Below are positions 1 to 10,718 of a DNA stretch of 64,000 nucleotides, piece by piece (position 1 is the stretch's first letter; each line of letters opens with the position of its first letter). This stretch comes from Candidatus Omnitrophota bacterium (lineage in GTDB: Bacteria > Omnitrophota > Gorgyraeia > Zapsychrales > Fredricksoniimonadaceae). Under the pieces are notes generated by a model. It was given only the letters and a program-made list of their open reading frames with translations. It made no database searches and was not told where the DNA came from. Location: NCBI GenBank assembly GCA_903860135.1, contig CAIOPG010000017.1:139364-203363 (forward strand), given 5' to 3'. Both the position numbers and the translations under genes were made by a program.

Positions 1-993
1 TCGCCTGGTGCCGAGCGGATCGATCTCTGCAGCGATTGAAATCTTATCGCGAAGCATATTCTGCCGCAAGGCTTTTTCCTCAATTATTGAAGCAACCCCG
101 AATTTTTCCAATACACGCGCATTGTATTTCTGATGATCATTAGCTCCCGGATATGGAATAAGGATCGCGGGAATACCCAACAACCCCAGCTCAGTTACCG
201 TCCCTGCCCCTGCCCGCGCTATCACAAGATCCGCCGCCGCATAAGCCGTCGCCATCTGCTCCATATATTCACGTACCAAAGCCGGAACGCCCATCAACCG
301 GTAACGCTCTTTCACGCGCTCAAAATCATGCGGGCCTGTTAGATGAATAACCTGGAATTCCGGAATATTCGCAAAAGCATCCACCACGGTGCCATTGATC
401 ACACGACTGCCCTGGCTACCGCCAAAAACCAGCACCGTGCGCCGCCGAGGATCAAGACCCAACGCCTGATGCGCCGCCTCGCGTGAGATCACCGCCTCCA
501 AAGATCTCGACGGGTTGCCTGTCCACACCGCCTTGCCTGCTGGGAACAAGTCTACCGTTTCTCTGAACCCGACAGCGACCCGCTGTACAAAATGCGCCAG
601 AAACTTATTGGCTTCACCGACGACAGCATTCTGCTCGTGCAGCATAGAAGGGATCCCACCCATGACTGCCGACATAACGACCGGAAAAGAACTGTAGGCT
701 CCAAAACCAAGAACAACGGACGGCCGCATTCGCCTGATCATGCCCCAACATCCCGCACAAGCACACGCCATGGCACCTGCCGACCTCACCCGCCGTAAAA
801 AGCTCCTGGCAACAAACCCTTCAACCGCCACATCAAAACATTCAAAACCAGCCCCTCGGATCCTGTCCCCGGCCGCACCAAAAGAACCGACGAAGAAAAC
901 CTCACAGCCCAGGCGACGCAACTCATCCGCCGTGACCAGTGCCGGATAAATGTGACCGCCGGTTCCTCCTGTAGCCAGAAAGACCTTGCGCAT
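1..993 (-). CDS. murG: UDP-GlcNAc:lipid I N-acetylglucosaminyltransferase MurG (3' end runs off the window)
   Basis: Not in the ORF track; translated by hand from ATG at 993: MRKVFLATGGTGGHIYPA...HEQN...TGNP...FGGSQGS...ADLVIARAGAGTVTE...IPYP; follows ftsW in the dcw cluster. Confidence 0.95.
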   Translation of the reverse strand, partial: MRKVFLATGGTGGHIYPALVTADELRRLGCEVFFVGSFGAAGDRIRGAGFECFDVAVEGFVARSFLRRVRSAGAMACACAGCWGMIRRMRPSVVLGFGAYSSFPVVMSAVMGGIPSMLHEQNAVVGEANKFLAHFVQRVAVGFRETVDLFPAGKAVWTGNPSRSLEAVISREAAHQALGLDPRRRTVLVFGGSQGSRVINGTVVDAFANIPEFQVIHLTGPHDFERVKERYRLMGVPALVREYMEQMATAYAAADLVIARAGAGTVTELGLLGIPAILIPYPGANDHQKYNARVLEKFGVASIIEEKALRQNMLRDKISIAAEIDPLGTRR

Positions 994-996
994 CGA

Positions 997-2091
997 TCAA
1001 CCTCCCAAATCCTGTGTTCGTGAAACATTGAGCATCAACCCGACCATCGTCATATTGAATATAAGTGCTGACCCGCCATAACTGATGAAAGGCAATGGCA
1101 ACCCTTTTGTCGGCAATGCACCGATGCTGACCCCGATATTAACAACCACCTGGATGCTCAGCATGACCATGATCCCCGCGCACAGCAAATACCCGAACGA
1201 ATCTGCCGTATGGCGGATGATCCGCGTCCCCTGCCAGATAAAGACACCGAACAGGATAATAACCAGCAACGCACCCCAAAACCCAAGCTCCTCACCGATG
1301 ATCGAAAAAATGAAATCCGTATGCGCTGCCGGAAGATAAAAAAGTTTCTGTACACTCTTGCCCAGGCCCACGCCCCAGAACCCGCCTGATCCCAGCGCGA
1401 TCTGGGATTGTGAAAGCTGGAACCCCGCTCCCTGGGCATCAAGCCAAGGATTCATGAAAGAAACAACCCGTCGGATACGGTAAGGCTCGGCAATGACCAG
1501 CACCGCGAAGATAGGAACCGCCAGCGCCAGAATAGCCGCAAACACGCCTTTGCGCCCACCGGCCATAAAGTACATCGACATTGTGATCGAAGCCACCAGC
1601 ACCGTATTGCCCATATCTGGCTGTTTCATGATGAGCGCACACATAAAAAGCATCACGATAATAATAGGAATAAAACCCCGGCGCACCGAACGGATCATCT
1701 CACGTTTGCGCGAGAAAAAATCCGCCAGATAAATGATCAAGGCAACTTTGGCATATTCCGACGGTTGAAAATTGATCGGTCCCAGGTTAAACCAGCGGCG
1801 TGCCCCCGATGATATCTTACCGATCCCTGGAATCAGCACAAGGATGAGCATGATCAAGGCCAGCACAAAGAGCGGGCGCGCATATTTCTGCAAGCTGCGG
1901 TAATCAATGACCATGGCCGTCCACATCATGGCACCGCCGATCACCATGAACATCAGATGCCGCTGAAGAAAATGCAGGCTGTTGCCCATAGTTTCGAGGG
2001 CATAAACACCGCTTGAACTGTAGATCATGACGGTGCCAAGGCTCATCAAAATAATAAAAGAAGCAAAGAAGATAAACCGGGTATCACGCAT
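997..2091 (-). CDS. ftsW: Peptidoglycan glycosyltransferase FtsW (SEDS family)
   Basis: GARRW, QPSEYAK, QPDMG, LPAAHTDFIFSIIGEELG, LPFISYGGS motifs; start set at MRDTRF, which overlaps the murD stop. Confidence 0.95.
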   Translation of the reverse strand: MRDTRFIFFASFIILMSLGTVMIYSSSGVYALETMGNSLHFLQRHLMFMVIGGAMMWTAMVIDYRSLQKYARPLFVLALIMLILVLIPGIGKISSGARRWFNLGPINFQPSEYAKVALIIYLADFFSRKREMIRSVRRGFIPIIIVMLFMCALIMKQPDMGNTVLVASITMSMYFMAGGRKGVFAAILALAVPIFAVLVIAEPYRIRRVVSFMNPWLDAQGAGFQLSQSQIALGSGGFWGVGLGKSVQKLFYLPAAHTDFIFSIIGEELGFWGALLVIILFGVFIWQGTRIIRHTADSFGYLLCAGIMVMLSIQVVVNIGVSIGALPTKGLPLPFISYGGSALIFNMTMVGLMLNVSRTQDLGG

Positions 2092-3343
2092 GTTCATCCC
2101 CCAGCCTGTGGACAATCTGCTTAAAAACCCTGCCGCGCTGTTCAAAATTGTCAAACATATCAAAACTGGCTGTCATCGGAGAAAAAAGGATGCAGTCTCC
2201 GGGGACCGCCAGGCGTTGCGCGCAAGCCACGGCATCTTCAAGACCGCCCCGGATGACCGCTACGGGCAACACCTCTTCGAATGTATCCCTCAATTGCTCC
2301 TTGATCACCCCCATAACCACCAGGGCCGTAACTTTTTTACGCACCAGTTCGGTTAAAGAAGCGTAATCCAGCCGCTTGTCATATCCACCGGCGATCATCA
2401 CCGCCGGACGATCCAGCCGCTCGAGCGCCCAGCGCCCGGCCTCGACCGTCGTTGATTTTGAATCATTGATATATTCCACACCTTCAACGATCCGCACCTT
2501 TTCCATACGATGCTCGACACCAGGGAACGAAGCGCATACGTCGGCAACCACCCCTTCGGGAATGTCCAGGATACGCGCCACAGCAGCGACCGCCAGAAAA
2601 TTGGGATTGGCTGTGCCTGCCCGGTGAAAAAAGTTGATGTGGGAAGAAAGCCCGACGGCAACTCCCTGAACCAGGGGGTCATCCGCATTCAAAACCGCAT
2701 GATCTTCACCTGTCTGATTCATAAAAATACGTTTTTTCGCATTAAAATAATCGTGCATATCCGGATGCCGGTCAAGATGGTTCTGGCTGAAATTAAGCAA
2801 GACAGCGATGTGCGGCCGGAAGGTTTCGACCAGCTCCAGCTGGAATGAACTGATCTCGACAACAAAGTAATCAACACTGCCGCCGCCGACAACCTCTGAA
2901 AAAGGAACTCCCACATTACCGCACAGGCAGGCTTTCAAACCCGCGGCCTCAAGCACCTTGGCGATAAGCGTGGCCGTGGTGGTTTTACCGTTTGACCCGG
3001 TGACGGCAATGACCGGCTTGCGGCAAAACCGCCAGGCGAACTCGATCTCGCCCATGACCGGAATACCCTCTTCCCTCGCCCATTGTAAAGGTGCCGCATC
3101 TTTCCAGACACCAGGACTGGCGACCACCAGATCAGAGCCTTGGATAAAATCACGGGTATGCCCGCCAGCCTCGACGGCAACAGCTGGAATATCACTGAAG
3201 CCAGCGATCGCAGCCGCGATCACCTCCATCGACCTGGCATCACTGATCCTCGGCATTCCCCCTGCGGCCAGCACAAGATTAACGGCCGCCACCCCGCTCT
3301 TGGCCGCGCCGATCACCGTCACTTTTTTCCCTTTTAAGTCCAT
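2084..3343 (-). CDS. murD: UDP-MurNAc-L-Ala:D-Glu ligase
   Basis: TGSNGKTT, EISSFQLE, NHLDRH, EHRME, NDSKST motifs; dcw position. Confidence 0.95.
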   Translation of the reverse strand: MDLKGKKVTVIGAAKSGVAAVNLVLAAGGMPRISDARSMEVIAAAIAGFSDIPAVAVEAGGHTRDFIQGSDLVVASPGVWKDAAPLQWAREEGIPVMGEIEFAWRFCRKPVIAVTGSNGKTTTATLIAKVLEAAGLKACLCGNVGVPFSEVVGGGSVDYFVVEISSFQLELVETFRPHIAVLLNFSQNHLDRHPDMHDYFNAKKRIFMNQTGEDHAVLNADDPLVQGVAVGLSSHINFFHRAGTANPNFLAVAAVARILDIPEGVVADVCASFPGVEHRMEKVRIVEGVEYINDSKSTTVEAGRWALERLDRPAVMIAGGYDKRLDYASLTELVRKKVTALVVMGVIKEQLRDTFEEVLPVAVIRGGLEDAVACAQRLAVPGDCILFSPMTASFDMFDNFEQRGRVFKQIVHRLGDEHA

Positions 3344-3386
3344 ACCGCGATCCCTTACGCTTTGTTTTTAATTTATAGAATAATGT

Positions 3387-4478
3387 TCAGCGGATCTTCA
3401 ACGTTGTCAATGTCAGCAGCGCCAGGATGATCCCGGCGATCCAGAAACGGATAACGATCTTCGATTCCTTCCAGTTTATTTTCTGAAGATGATGATGATA
3501 CGGTGAACAGAGAAATATCCTTTTGCGTGTCAGTTTATACGATGTGACTTGCAGGATAACGGACAGGGCTTCCCAGACAAAAACCCCTCCGAGGATAACA
3601 AGCAACAGTTCTTTCTTGATGAACACCGCAATGATCCCCAGCGTTCCCCCAAGGGCAAGGGCGCCCACATCTCCCATGAAAATATCCGCCGGATGGGCAT
3701 TGAACCAGAGAAACCCAAGACTCGCCCCGACGATCGCGGCACAGAACACCGTCAGCTCACCCGTCCCCGGCAAATACGGAATAAAAAGATACTCACTGAA
3801 ATTCACGTTGCCGCTGACATAACAAAGAAACCCAAGGGTTATGGCCACGATGAGGGTACAGCCGATGGCCAGCCCGTCTAGCCCGTCGGTCAGATTTACC
3901 GCATTGGACGTCCCTACAACAACGCCCATGACAAACAGCATATAAAAGGCACCCAGGTCGATGACCAGATTCTTCATGAACGGGACATCCAGGGTCGTGG
4001 CCACATGCAGCTGGCTATAGACATAAAAACTCACAAGTCCGGCCAATAGCACCTGCCAGATCATTTTCGTGCGCGCGCTCAGACCGTTCTTTTTCCGCCC
4101 GGAAAGCTTCATGTAATCATCAAAGAAACCCAGCACCGCGAGCCAGATGCTCGTCAATATCGTCAATAAAATATAAGGGTTGCTTAAATCAGCCCAAAAC
4201 AGGACCGAAAGGATGATACTGCCAATGATAAGAATACCGCCCATCGTGGGCGTACCCTGCTTGGACTTGAGCTCCTCGCCAAGGATCTGCCCCCGTCCCT
4301 GCCCCATCACTGGTTTCTCCCCCAGATTCCATTCCTTAAGCTTGCGGATAAACCACGGCCCGACAATAATGCATATCAAAAACGTCGTGACAGCCGCCAT
4401 ACCCGCGCGGAAGGTGATGTACTTGAAAATGTTCAACGGAAAATACTCGGCCCGGAGCAATGACAAATAATAAAACAT
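3387..4478 (-). CDS. mraY: Phospho-MurNAc-pentapeptide transferase
   Basis: GTPTMGG, DDY, NAVNLTDGLDGL, FMGDVG, HHH motifs. Confidence 0.97.
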   Translation of the reverse strand: MFYYLSLLRAEYFPLNIFKYITFRAGMAAVTTFLICIIVGPWFIRKLKEWNLGEKPVMGQGRGQILGEELKSKQGTPTMGGILIIGSIILSVLFWADLSNPYILLTILTSIWLAVLGFFDDYMKLSGRKKNGLSARTKMIWQVLLAGLVSFYVYSQLHVATTLDVPFMKNLVIDLGAFYMLFVMGVVVGTSNAVNLTDGLDGLAIGCTLIVAITLGFLCYVSGNVNFSEYLFIPYLPGTGELTVFCAAIVGASLGFLWFNAHPADIFMGDVGALALGGTLGIIAVFIKKELLLVILGGVFVWEALSVILQVTSYKLTRKRIFLCSPYHHHLQKINWKESKIVIRFWIAGIILALLTLTTLKIR

Positions 4479-4481
4479 CGT

Positions 4482-5855
4482 TTATCCTTTCAGGAATTCA
4501 ACCAGATCGTGAACCACTTTTTCCATATGCATACCGCGCGACCCCTTGGCCAAAAACACATCGCCGGGACGCACATAACCTTTCAGCTCCTCCACCATCA
4601 ACGACTGCCGCTCAAAGTGCCTGACATCAAGGGCAGGCCGAACCGCGCGCGCGGCCTCGCCGATAAGCCGGCCTTTTGATCCACAGGTAAACAATGCATC
4701 CAGATGCGCCTTAGCCGCCATTTCACCGGTCGCGCGGTGCAGGTCATCGGAGCCATCGCCCAACTCAAGCATATCCGCCGCCGCCATGATCGAACGGCCG
4801 CGGATCTGCATCATATCCAGTGCCTTAAAGGCATTCTGATATGAAACCGGATTGGCATTGTACGTATCATCAATGACCGTGACACCGCCGGCCCTGATCA
4901 GGCACTGCCGGCCTTTTGCCGGCCGCAAACGCCCCAGTGCCTTGCCCGCCACGTTCCCTGGCACATCTAAAATACGCCCGCAGGCCAAAGCCGCCAACGC
5001 ATTGCCCGCCGCCCCTGGAGACGGACTTTTTAAAATAAAAGCTTCTCCGGTTTGTGTTTTTAGATGCACCCCGCGGGCATCGAGCGTGATCGCAACAGCC
5101 TTTACGTCAGCCCCCGCCTTAATGGCGTAGGAAATAATCCTCTGTTTAAGCCCCATGGTCAAGAGGCGGCTCCAGTAAGGATCATCCGCATTCACAACAA
5201 CAGCCCCATCTTCGGGTAAAAACCTGAGCAATGAAACCTTTTCCTCAAAAACCCCTTCAGGGCTTCCCAGCCCCTCCAGATGCGACGCGCCGACATTCGT
5301 GAATACAGCTATTGTCGGACAGGCAATTTCTGCCAGCCATGCGATCTCACCCGGATGATTCGTACCCATCTCGATCACCGCGGCCTCATGCCGCGCACGC
5401 AGCTTCAACAGGGTCAAGGGCACGCCCATGTGATTGTTTTCCGTCCCCTTATTAAAAAGAACACGGTATTTCTGGCCCAGGACAACTGCGATCATTTCCT
5501 TGGTCGATGTCTTGCCGGCACTGCCTGTAACAGCAATAACAGGGATTTTAAAACGGAGCCTGTGATGCCGGGCGATACATCCCAGCGCCTTGACGGTATC
5601 ATCCACGACAATAACAGCAGATCCTGTGGGCACAACAATGTCCTTGCGGCTGACCATCACCGCCGACGCGCCAAGGGCCACTGCTTTTTCCAGAAAATCA
5701 TGCCCGTCAAAATTGTCTCCCTTGACCGCCACAAAGATCTGGTTGCGCCGGATCAGGCGTGTATCGGTCGAAACCCCGTTAACACGCGCATGAGCCTCGC
5801 CCGCCACCAGGGTGCCTTTAACCGCTTCGGTGATCTCGCCTAGCGTAAACCCCAT
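4482..5855 (-). CDS. murF: UDP-MurNAc-tripeptide:D-Ala-D-Ala ligase
   Basis: TGSAGKTSTKE, NNHMGVP, EMG, DDTYNANP, KGSRG motifs. Confidence 0.95.
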   Translation of the reverse strand: MGFTLGEITEAVKGTLVAGEAHARVNGVSTDTRLIRRNQIFVAVKGDNFDGHDFLEKAVALGASAVMVSRKDIVVPTGSAVIVVDDTVKALGCIARHHRLRFKIPVIAVTGSAGKTSTKEMIAVVLGQKYRVLFNKGTENNHMGVPLTLLKLRARHEAAVIEMGTNHPGEIAWLAEIACPTIAVFTNVGASHLEGLGSPEGVFEEKVSLLRFLPEDGAVVVNADDPYWSRLLTMGLKQRIISYAIKAGADVKAVAITLDARGVHLKTQTGEAFILKSPSPGAAGNALAALACGRILDVPGNVAGKALGRLRPAKGRQCLIRAGGVTVIDDTYNANPVSYQNAFKALDMMQIRGRSIMAAADMLELGDGSDDLHRATGEMAAKAHLDALFTCGSKGRLIGEAARAVRPALDVRHFERQSLMVEELKGYVRPGDVFLAKGSRGMHMEKVVHDLVEFLKG

Positions 5856-5857
5856 AA

Positions 5858-7339
5858 CTAACCTTTTTCGTTGAGAATACGGGCAACGATCTCCCGCTCA
5901 TTAAAAGCAATCGTCCGCTCGCCTAAAATCTGGGTTGTTTCATGCCCCTTGCCTGCCAGAAGAACAATATCATCCTTGCGCGCCATGGCCAGGGCCGCGC
6001 GTATGGCTGCCTCCCGATCGGGAATGATTTCATACATCGGCCGCGCAAATCCGGGCACGATCTCCGCGATGATCGCCTCAGGATCCTCGCCGCGCGGATT
6101 ATCCGACGTCAAGAACGCATGATCCGCCAGGGCGCATGCCACACGCCCCATGCGCGGGCGCTTGGTGCGATCCCGATCGCCGCCGCATCCAAACACAACG
6201 ATCAGCCGGGCATGCGGCACAGCCTTAAGGCAGTTGAGCACATTCTGCAAGCCATCATCCGTATGGGCATAATCAACGAACACACAAAAATCCTGCCCAC
6301 CATCAACACGTTCAAGCCTGCCCGGCACACAGGCCAGGGCCGCAAGCCCTTGACTAACTATAACAGGTTCGATCCCCGCGCCAACCCCGGCGGCAAAAGC
6401 CGCAAGCATATTATAAATGTTATGCCTGCCTATAAAATGCGTCTGAACAGGAAATGCCTGCTCCCTGAAATTGATCGTGAAACGCGTTCCCATCAGGCTG
6501 AAATCATCTATGTGCGCCGCAATATCCGCCGGCAAATCAAGCCCGTATGTCAGGACCCGCGCGCGCGTCATGGGAACAAGCCGCCGCCCGTAGGCATCAT
6601 CGGTATTGATGACGGCAAATGCCCCGGCAGAAAGCCCCCTGAACAAACGGGCCTTGGCCTGAAAATAATTTTCCATGGTTCCATGCGCATCGAGATGATC
6701 ACCGGTAAGATTGGTGAATATCCCGCCAATAAAATCAATGCCATCGACACGGCCCTGCGCCAGCGCATGCGAAGAAACCTCCATGACCGCATAGGGCACG
6801 CCATCAGACGCCAAACTTGCCAGAAACAACTGATTGTCCAGAAATCCCGGCGTCGTATTCTTTGACGGCCACAGGCGCGCCCCGACCCGGCAATTGACCG
6901 TACCCACCACGCCGCTTTGATGCCCTGCTGTATGAAGAACAGCTTCCAGGAAATAGGTGATCGTTGTTTTCCCGTTGGTCCCCGTCACGCCTATAACGTT
7001 GACCTGCCGGGAGAGAGGGCCGTAAAGATGGCCAGCCGCCGCATGGAACACCGCGCGTGGATCATTAACGCGCAAAAAACACACCCCCGCAGGAATCGCT
7101 TCGCTTGAGCCAAAAGACGATGCCCCGGCAGCGACAATAACCTTCGCTCCCTTTAAAATGGCCTGCGCAATGAAAATATCGCCATCGTGCGTCGTGCGTG
7201 CCGCCGGTGGAAGCGCGGCAAAAAGACTTCCCGGTGTGACACGGCGGGAATCATCCCAGACAGCAGGGATATCCATATCCGCAAAACACCCGAGCCCATC
7301 CGTATGCGCTGTCCCAGCCAACAAATCCCTTAGTCGCAC
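5858..7339 (-). CDS. murE: UDP-MurNAc-dipeptide:meso-DAP ligase
   Basis: TGTNGKTT, MEVSSH, DYAHT, FGCGGDRD, DNPR (DAP-type specificity motif), GKGHE. Confidence 0.95.
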   Translation of the reverse strand: MRLRDLLAGTAHTDGLGCFADMDIPAVWDDSRRVTPGSLFAALPPAARTTHDGDIFIAQAILKGAKVIVAAGASSFGSSEAIPAGVCFLRVNDPRAVFHAAAGHLYGPLSRQVNVIGVTGTNGKTTITYFLEAVLHTAGHQSGVVGTVNCRVGARLWPSKNTTPGFLDNQLFLASLASDGVPYAVMEVSSHALAQGRVDGIDFIGGIFTNLTGDHLDAHGTMENYFQAKARLFRGLSAGAFAVINTDDAYGRRLVPMTRARVLTYGLDLPADIAAHIDDFSLMGTRFTINFREQAFPVQTHFIGRHNIYNMLAAFAAGVGAGIEPVIVSQGLAALACVPGRLERVDGGQDFCVFVDYAHTDDGLQNVLNCLKAVPHARLIVVFGCGGDRDRTKRPRMGRVACALADHAFLTSDNPRGEDPEAIIAEIVPGFARPMYEIIPDREAAIRAALAMARKDDIVLLAGKGHETTQILGERTIAFNEREIVARILNEKG

Positions 7340-7375
7340 GTCTTCATCCTTTCCATATACCGCCCATAACCACGA

Positions 7376-9073
7376 TCACTCCTCGAGAAGCCCCATCCGC
7401 CGGGCGCTGGCCATATATCTCAGCGAATCCTCGACGATCTCTTTAAAAACAGGTGCTGCCACAAGGCCTCCATAATAAATAGGATGTGGCGTATCCACTG
7501 TAACAACGATCGCCAGCTGGGGATCCTCGACCGGGGCGAATCCAATAAATGAAGCCACAAACTTGCTGTGCGAATAAACACCATTGACGACTTTCTGGGC
7601 TGTCCCAGTCTTGCCGCCGGCGGTGATATCCTTCATCTTGGCGGCCATGGCCGTCCCCTCATCAACAACACCCTGAAGAATGCTTTGCAGGCGACGGGCG
7701 ATGTCGGGATGAATAACCTGCCCCTGCGGCTGCGGCTGAAACTGTGTCCTGGTATTCCCATGCGCATCCTTGATCGCTTTAACATAATACGGCTTCATGT
7801 AAAGCCCGTTATTGGCAATGGCCGCGATCGCCGCCACAAGCTGGATCGGGGTCACCGTGACTTCCTGCCCGATAGGGATCGCGCCGATACTTGTTTTGGA
7901 CCATTGCGCCGGCGGCTTCAAGAGACCGCCGACCTCTCCGACCATTCCGATCCCGGTCTTCATCCCGAATCGAAAACGCCGGGCATATTCATAAACCTTC
8001 GCCGGGCCAAGCTTTTCCGCGATCTTGGTCACACCGATATTGCTGGAATGCTCAACAACCTGTCGGAACGTCAAATTGCCCAGCGGTTCATGATCATTGA
8101 GGATATGATTCCCCACCCGGTACTTGCCATTCTCACAAAAAATAATATCCTCTTCCTTGAACGCCCCCTCTTCGAGCCCGGCAGACGCCGCCACGATCTT
8201 GAACACCGATCCGGGTTCATAAACAAAGGCAACCGCGCGGTTGGTGCGATTTTCTGCCGGCGACGCTTCCGGGGCGTCTGGACGGAAAGTTGGACAATTG
8301 GCAAAAGCGAGAACCTCCCCGGTCTTGGGGTCAAGCACAATAACCGAAGCACTGGCCGCATGATATTTTTCGAAAGACCTTCGGAGTGCCTGTTCGGCTA
8401 TGAACTGGATCGTCTCATCAATGGTAAGGACAATACTGTCTCCGTCTTTGGGCGCGATGAAGTCCTTCTCGATCATGAGATCGCGCATACGGGCATCTCT
8501 CAGGAACTGGGCCATCCCCTTCGCTCCCCGCAAATAACGGTCATACTCAAGTTCAACCCCTTGAAGGCCGGCATTGTCAATGTTCGCAAAGCCTATCACA
8601 TGCGCCGCCAGACTGCCATTGGGATAAAACCGGCGGCTTTCTTTCACAAACCCAAGCCCCGGGATTTTTTGCGCCTTGAGTGCCTCATACTGTTCCGCGG
8701 AAAGTTTGCGGGCCAGCCATACAAAACTTTTCTCTTTGGCCATACGCTCGGCGTACACCGACAGCGATCCGCCGGCCACCGCTACCACTGCCTGGGCCGC
8801 CCTGTTCTTCTGCACAGCGGTCATCGCGCGCGGATTGGCAAAGAGCGAATAGGCCGGCACATTGAGGGCGAGCGAACGCATGTGACGGTCATAAATTGTG
8901 CCACGCACCGGTTCAAGCTCAACGATATGGTTGTGCTGTTTATCCGCTTTCTCAGCAAGGTAGTCGGCGCGAAAAACCTGTATCAGGGATAATTTGACGC
9001 AAAAAAGAATGATGCAGAAAAGAAAGATAAAAAATATCAGACCGACACGTGTGGGATATTTTTGAAAATGCAA
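7376..9073 (-). CDS. ftsI: Division transpeptidase PBP3/FtsI
   Basis: N-terminal TM, RGTIYDR, EPGSVFK (SxxK), SSN, KTGT motifs. Confidence 0.93.
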   Translation of the reverse strand: MHFQKYPTRVGLIFFIFLFCIILFCVKLSLIQVFRADYLAEKADKQHNHIVELEPVRGTIYDRHMRSLALNVPAYSLFANPRAMTAVQKNRAAQAVVAVAGGSLSVYAERMAKEKSFVWLARKLSAEQYEALKAQKIPGLGFVKESRRFYPNGSLAAHVIGFANIDNAGLQGVELEYDRYLRGAKGMAQFLRDARMRDLMIEKDFIAPKDGDSIVLTIDETIQFIAEQALRRSFEKYHAASASVIVLDPKTGEVLAFANCPTFRPDAPEASPAENRTNRAVAFVYEPGSVFKIVAASAGLEEGAFKEEDIIFCENGKYRVGNHILNDHEPLGNLTFRQVVEHSSNIGVTKIAEKLGPAKVYEYARRFRFGMKTGIGMVGEVGGLLKPPAQWSKTSIGAIPIGQEVTVTPIQLVAAIAAIANNGLYMKPYYVKAIKDAHGNTRTQFQPQPQGQVIHPDIARRLQSILQGVVDEGTAMAAKMKDITAGGKTGTAQKVVNGVYSHSKFVASFIGFAPVEDPQLAIVVTVDTPHPIYYGGLVAAPVFKEIVEDSLRYMASARRMGLLEE

Positions 9074-9119
9074 GGCCGTTGACTTTTCTTAAAAGGTTGC
9101 ACGCAACAAAGGGTTAATT

Positions 9120-9470
9120 TTAATGAGACGCGAACGCCAGCGTCATGACACGACCAACCAAACCCTGCCCGCGCTCAATACCGGCAGCGAAAACACCCGT
9201 GGTGGCGGCAGACTCGACCTCAACCACATTCCTGCGGCTGGCAAAACGGTACCCGCTGTTCTCCTTGACCAGGAATTCCCGCCCGATATTATCAGAGGAC
9301 TTAAGGCGGAGAATATCATTCTTGACGGCAGCGTTGTGCTCGGCCAGCTTTTCAATGTGCGATTCTTTCTTTTTACCCTGATACGCCAGGGCGTAAATAT
9401 TCATCTGCAAATGAATATAGAGTAGTGCCATCACTGTAATAACCGCCATCCCCTTAAGAAAATGTCCCAT
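9120..9470 (-). CDS. ftsL: Probable cell division protein FtsL
   Basis: Single TM followed by a coiled coil; lies between rsmH and ftsI (call rests mainly on synteny). Confidence 0.65.
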   Translation of the reverse strand: MGHFLKGMAVITVMALLYIHLQMNIYALAYQGKKKESHIEKLAEHNAAVKNDILRLKSSDNIGREFLVKENSGYRFASRRNVVEVESAATTGVFAAGIERGQGLVGRVMTLAFASH

Positions 9471-10371
9471 CGCCTTCTATCCTTTCGATAACTCTTAACC
9501 GGGCACTGCGGGCCCGCGGATTATCCGCGTCCTCGACGTCGCCCGGCCTCAATGGTTTTTTTGTCAACAACACCGCGCGCCCTTCGCGCGCCAGCGCCTT
9601 AAATGCCCCTTTCACAATCCGGTCTTCAAGTGAATGGAAGGCAATAACCGCCATCCGCCCGCCGGGAGCCAGCCGTTCAAAAGCCGTTACCAACGCCTCT
9701 CCCAGGATTTCAAGTTCCCGGTTGACCGCGATCCTCAGCGCCTGGAACGTCCGTGTTGCCGGATGCAGGCGGTTGCGCTGATACCCGCGCGGCAAAGCCC
9801 TGAGGACAATATCGGCCAAGCGTGCGGTAGTCGTGATCCGCTCACTGGCGCGAGCCATGACGATCACCCTGGCAATACGCCGGGAAAAGCGCTCTTCCCC
9901 GTACTTGAAGATAATGTCCGCCAGTTTTTCTTCGGGCCATTCATTGACCAGATCTTCCGCGCTCGTTGCCGCCGCGCGATCCATGCGCATATCCAGCGGC
10001 CCATCCATGCGAAAACTGAACCCGCGCCCGGCGTCATCGAGCTGAAGGCTGGAAACACCCAGATCAAAAAGGATCGTGTTGACCTTTTCAACCCCCAGAC
10101 CATCGAGAACAACAGCAAGGCTTGAGAAATTACTTTTAACAATGTCCAGCTGACCCGCGAACCCTGCCAGACGCCCCCGCGCTTTGTCGATCGCGTTGAT
10201 ATCCTGATCTATGCCAATGATCCGTCCTGAGGGACCAATGCGCGCCGCCATCATCGCCGTATGCCCACCTAGCCCCAGCGTGCAATCGAGCACAACCGCG
10301 CCAGGAGCCGGGTCAAGAAGGTCACCGACCTCAGCGAGCATGACCGGAATATGCAGGGCTTCAGTTGTCAT
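9454..10371 (-). CDS. rsmH: 16S rRNA m4C1402 methyltransferase
   Basis: HIPVML, DCTLGLGGH, DLGVSS, LDMRMD, TFQALRIAVN, FHSLEDR, NPRARSARLR. Confidence 0.97.
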   Translation of the reverse strand: MTTEALHIPVMLAEVGDLLDPAPGAVVLDCTLGLGGHTAMMAARIGPSGRIIGIDQDINAIDKARGRLAGFAGQLDIVKSNFSSLAVVLDGLGVEKVNTILFDLGVSSLQLDDAGRGFSFRMDGPLDMRMDRAAATSAEDLVNEWPEEKLADIIFKYGEERFSRRIARVIVMARASERITTTARLADIVLRALPRGYQRNRLHPATRTFQALRIAVNRELEILGEALVTAFERLAPGGRMAVIAFHSLEDRIVKGAFKALAREGRAVLLTKKPLRPGDVEDADNPRARSARLRVIERIEGDGTFS

Positions 10372-10396
10372 GAATGCCTCTTAACGGTAAGTTTCA

Positions 10397-10681
10397 TCAC
10401 AGTGAAGCCAGATCGCCCGATGAGGCAACGAAACTGGGTATCTTGCGCTCGAGCACCGCCTGCTGAAAACCCTCACGAACAAGCTCGCGCTCTTCAGCAT
10501 TCAGCAATTCTTCCCAGTTGCCTTTGATGCTGTGGCGCATATACACCTTGTGGCTATTCTGAAAAACAAGAAAAAGCTTTGTCCGGCCCGTGTGCTCTTC
10601 TTCGGTAGAACAAAAAACACATTCGCAATGCGGCAGCTCCACCATGTGCCTGAAAATAAAGCGTTGTTGAGCGGTGATCAT
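10397..10681 (-). CDS. Hypothetical protein (94 aa, CxCxxC motif) inserted in the dcw operon
   Basis: ORF co-oriented between mraZ and rsmH; GAGGAGG Shine-Dalgarno before ATG at 10681. Confidence 0.7.
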   Translation of the reverse strand: MITAQQRFIFRHMVELPHCECVFCSTEEEHTGRTKLFLVFQNSHKVYMRHSIKGNWEELLNAEERELVREGFQQAVLERKIPSFVASSGDLASL

Positions 10682-10718
10682 ACGCACCTCCTCACCCAAG
10701 GGTTAACCTTGCTGGAAT

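Noticed and set aside
7568-8992. 474-aa plus-strand ORF
   Set aside because: Antisense shadow of ftsI; no recognisable motifs.
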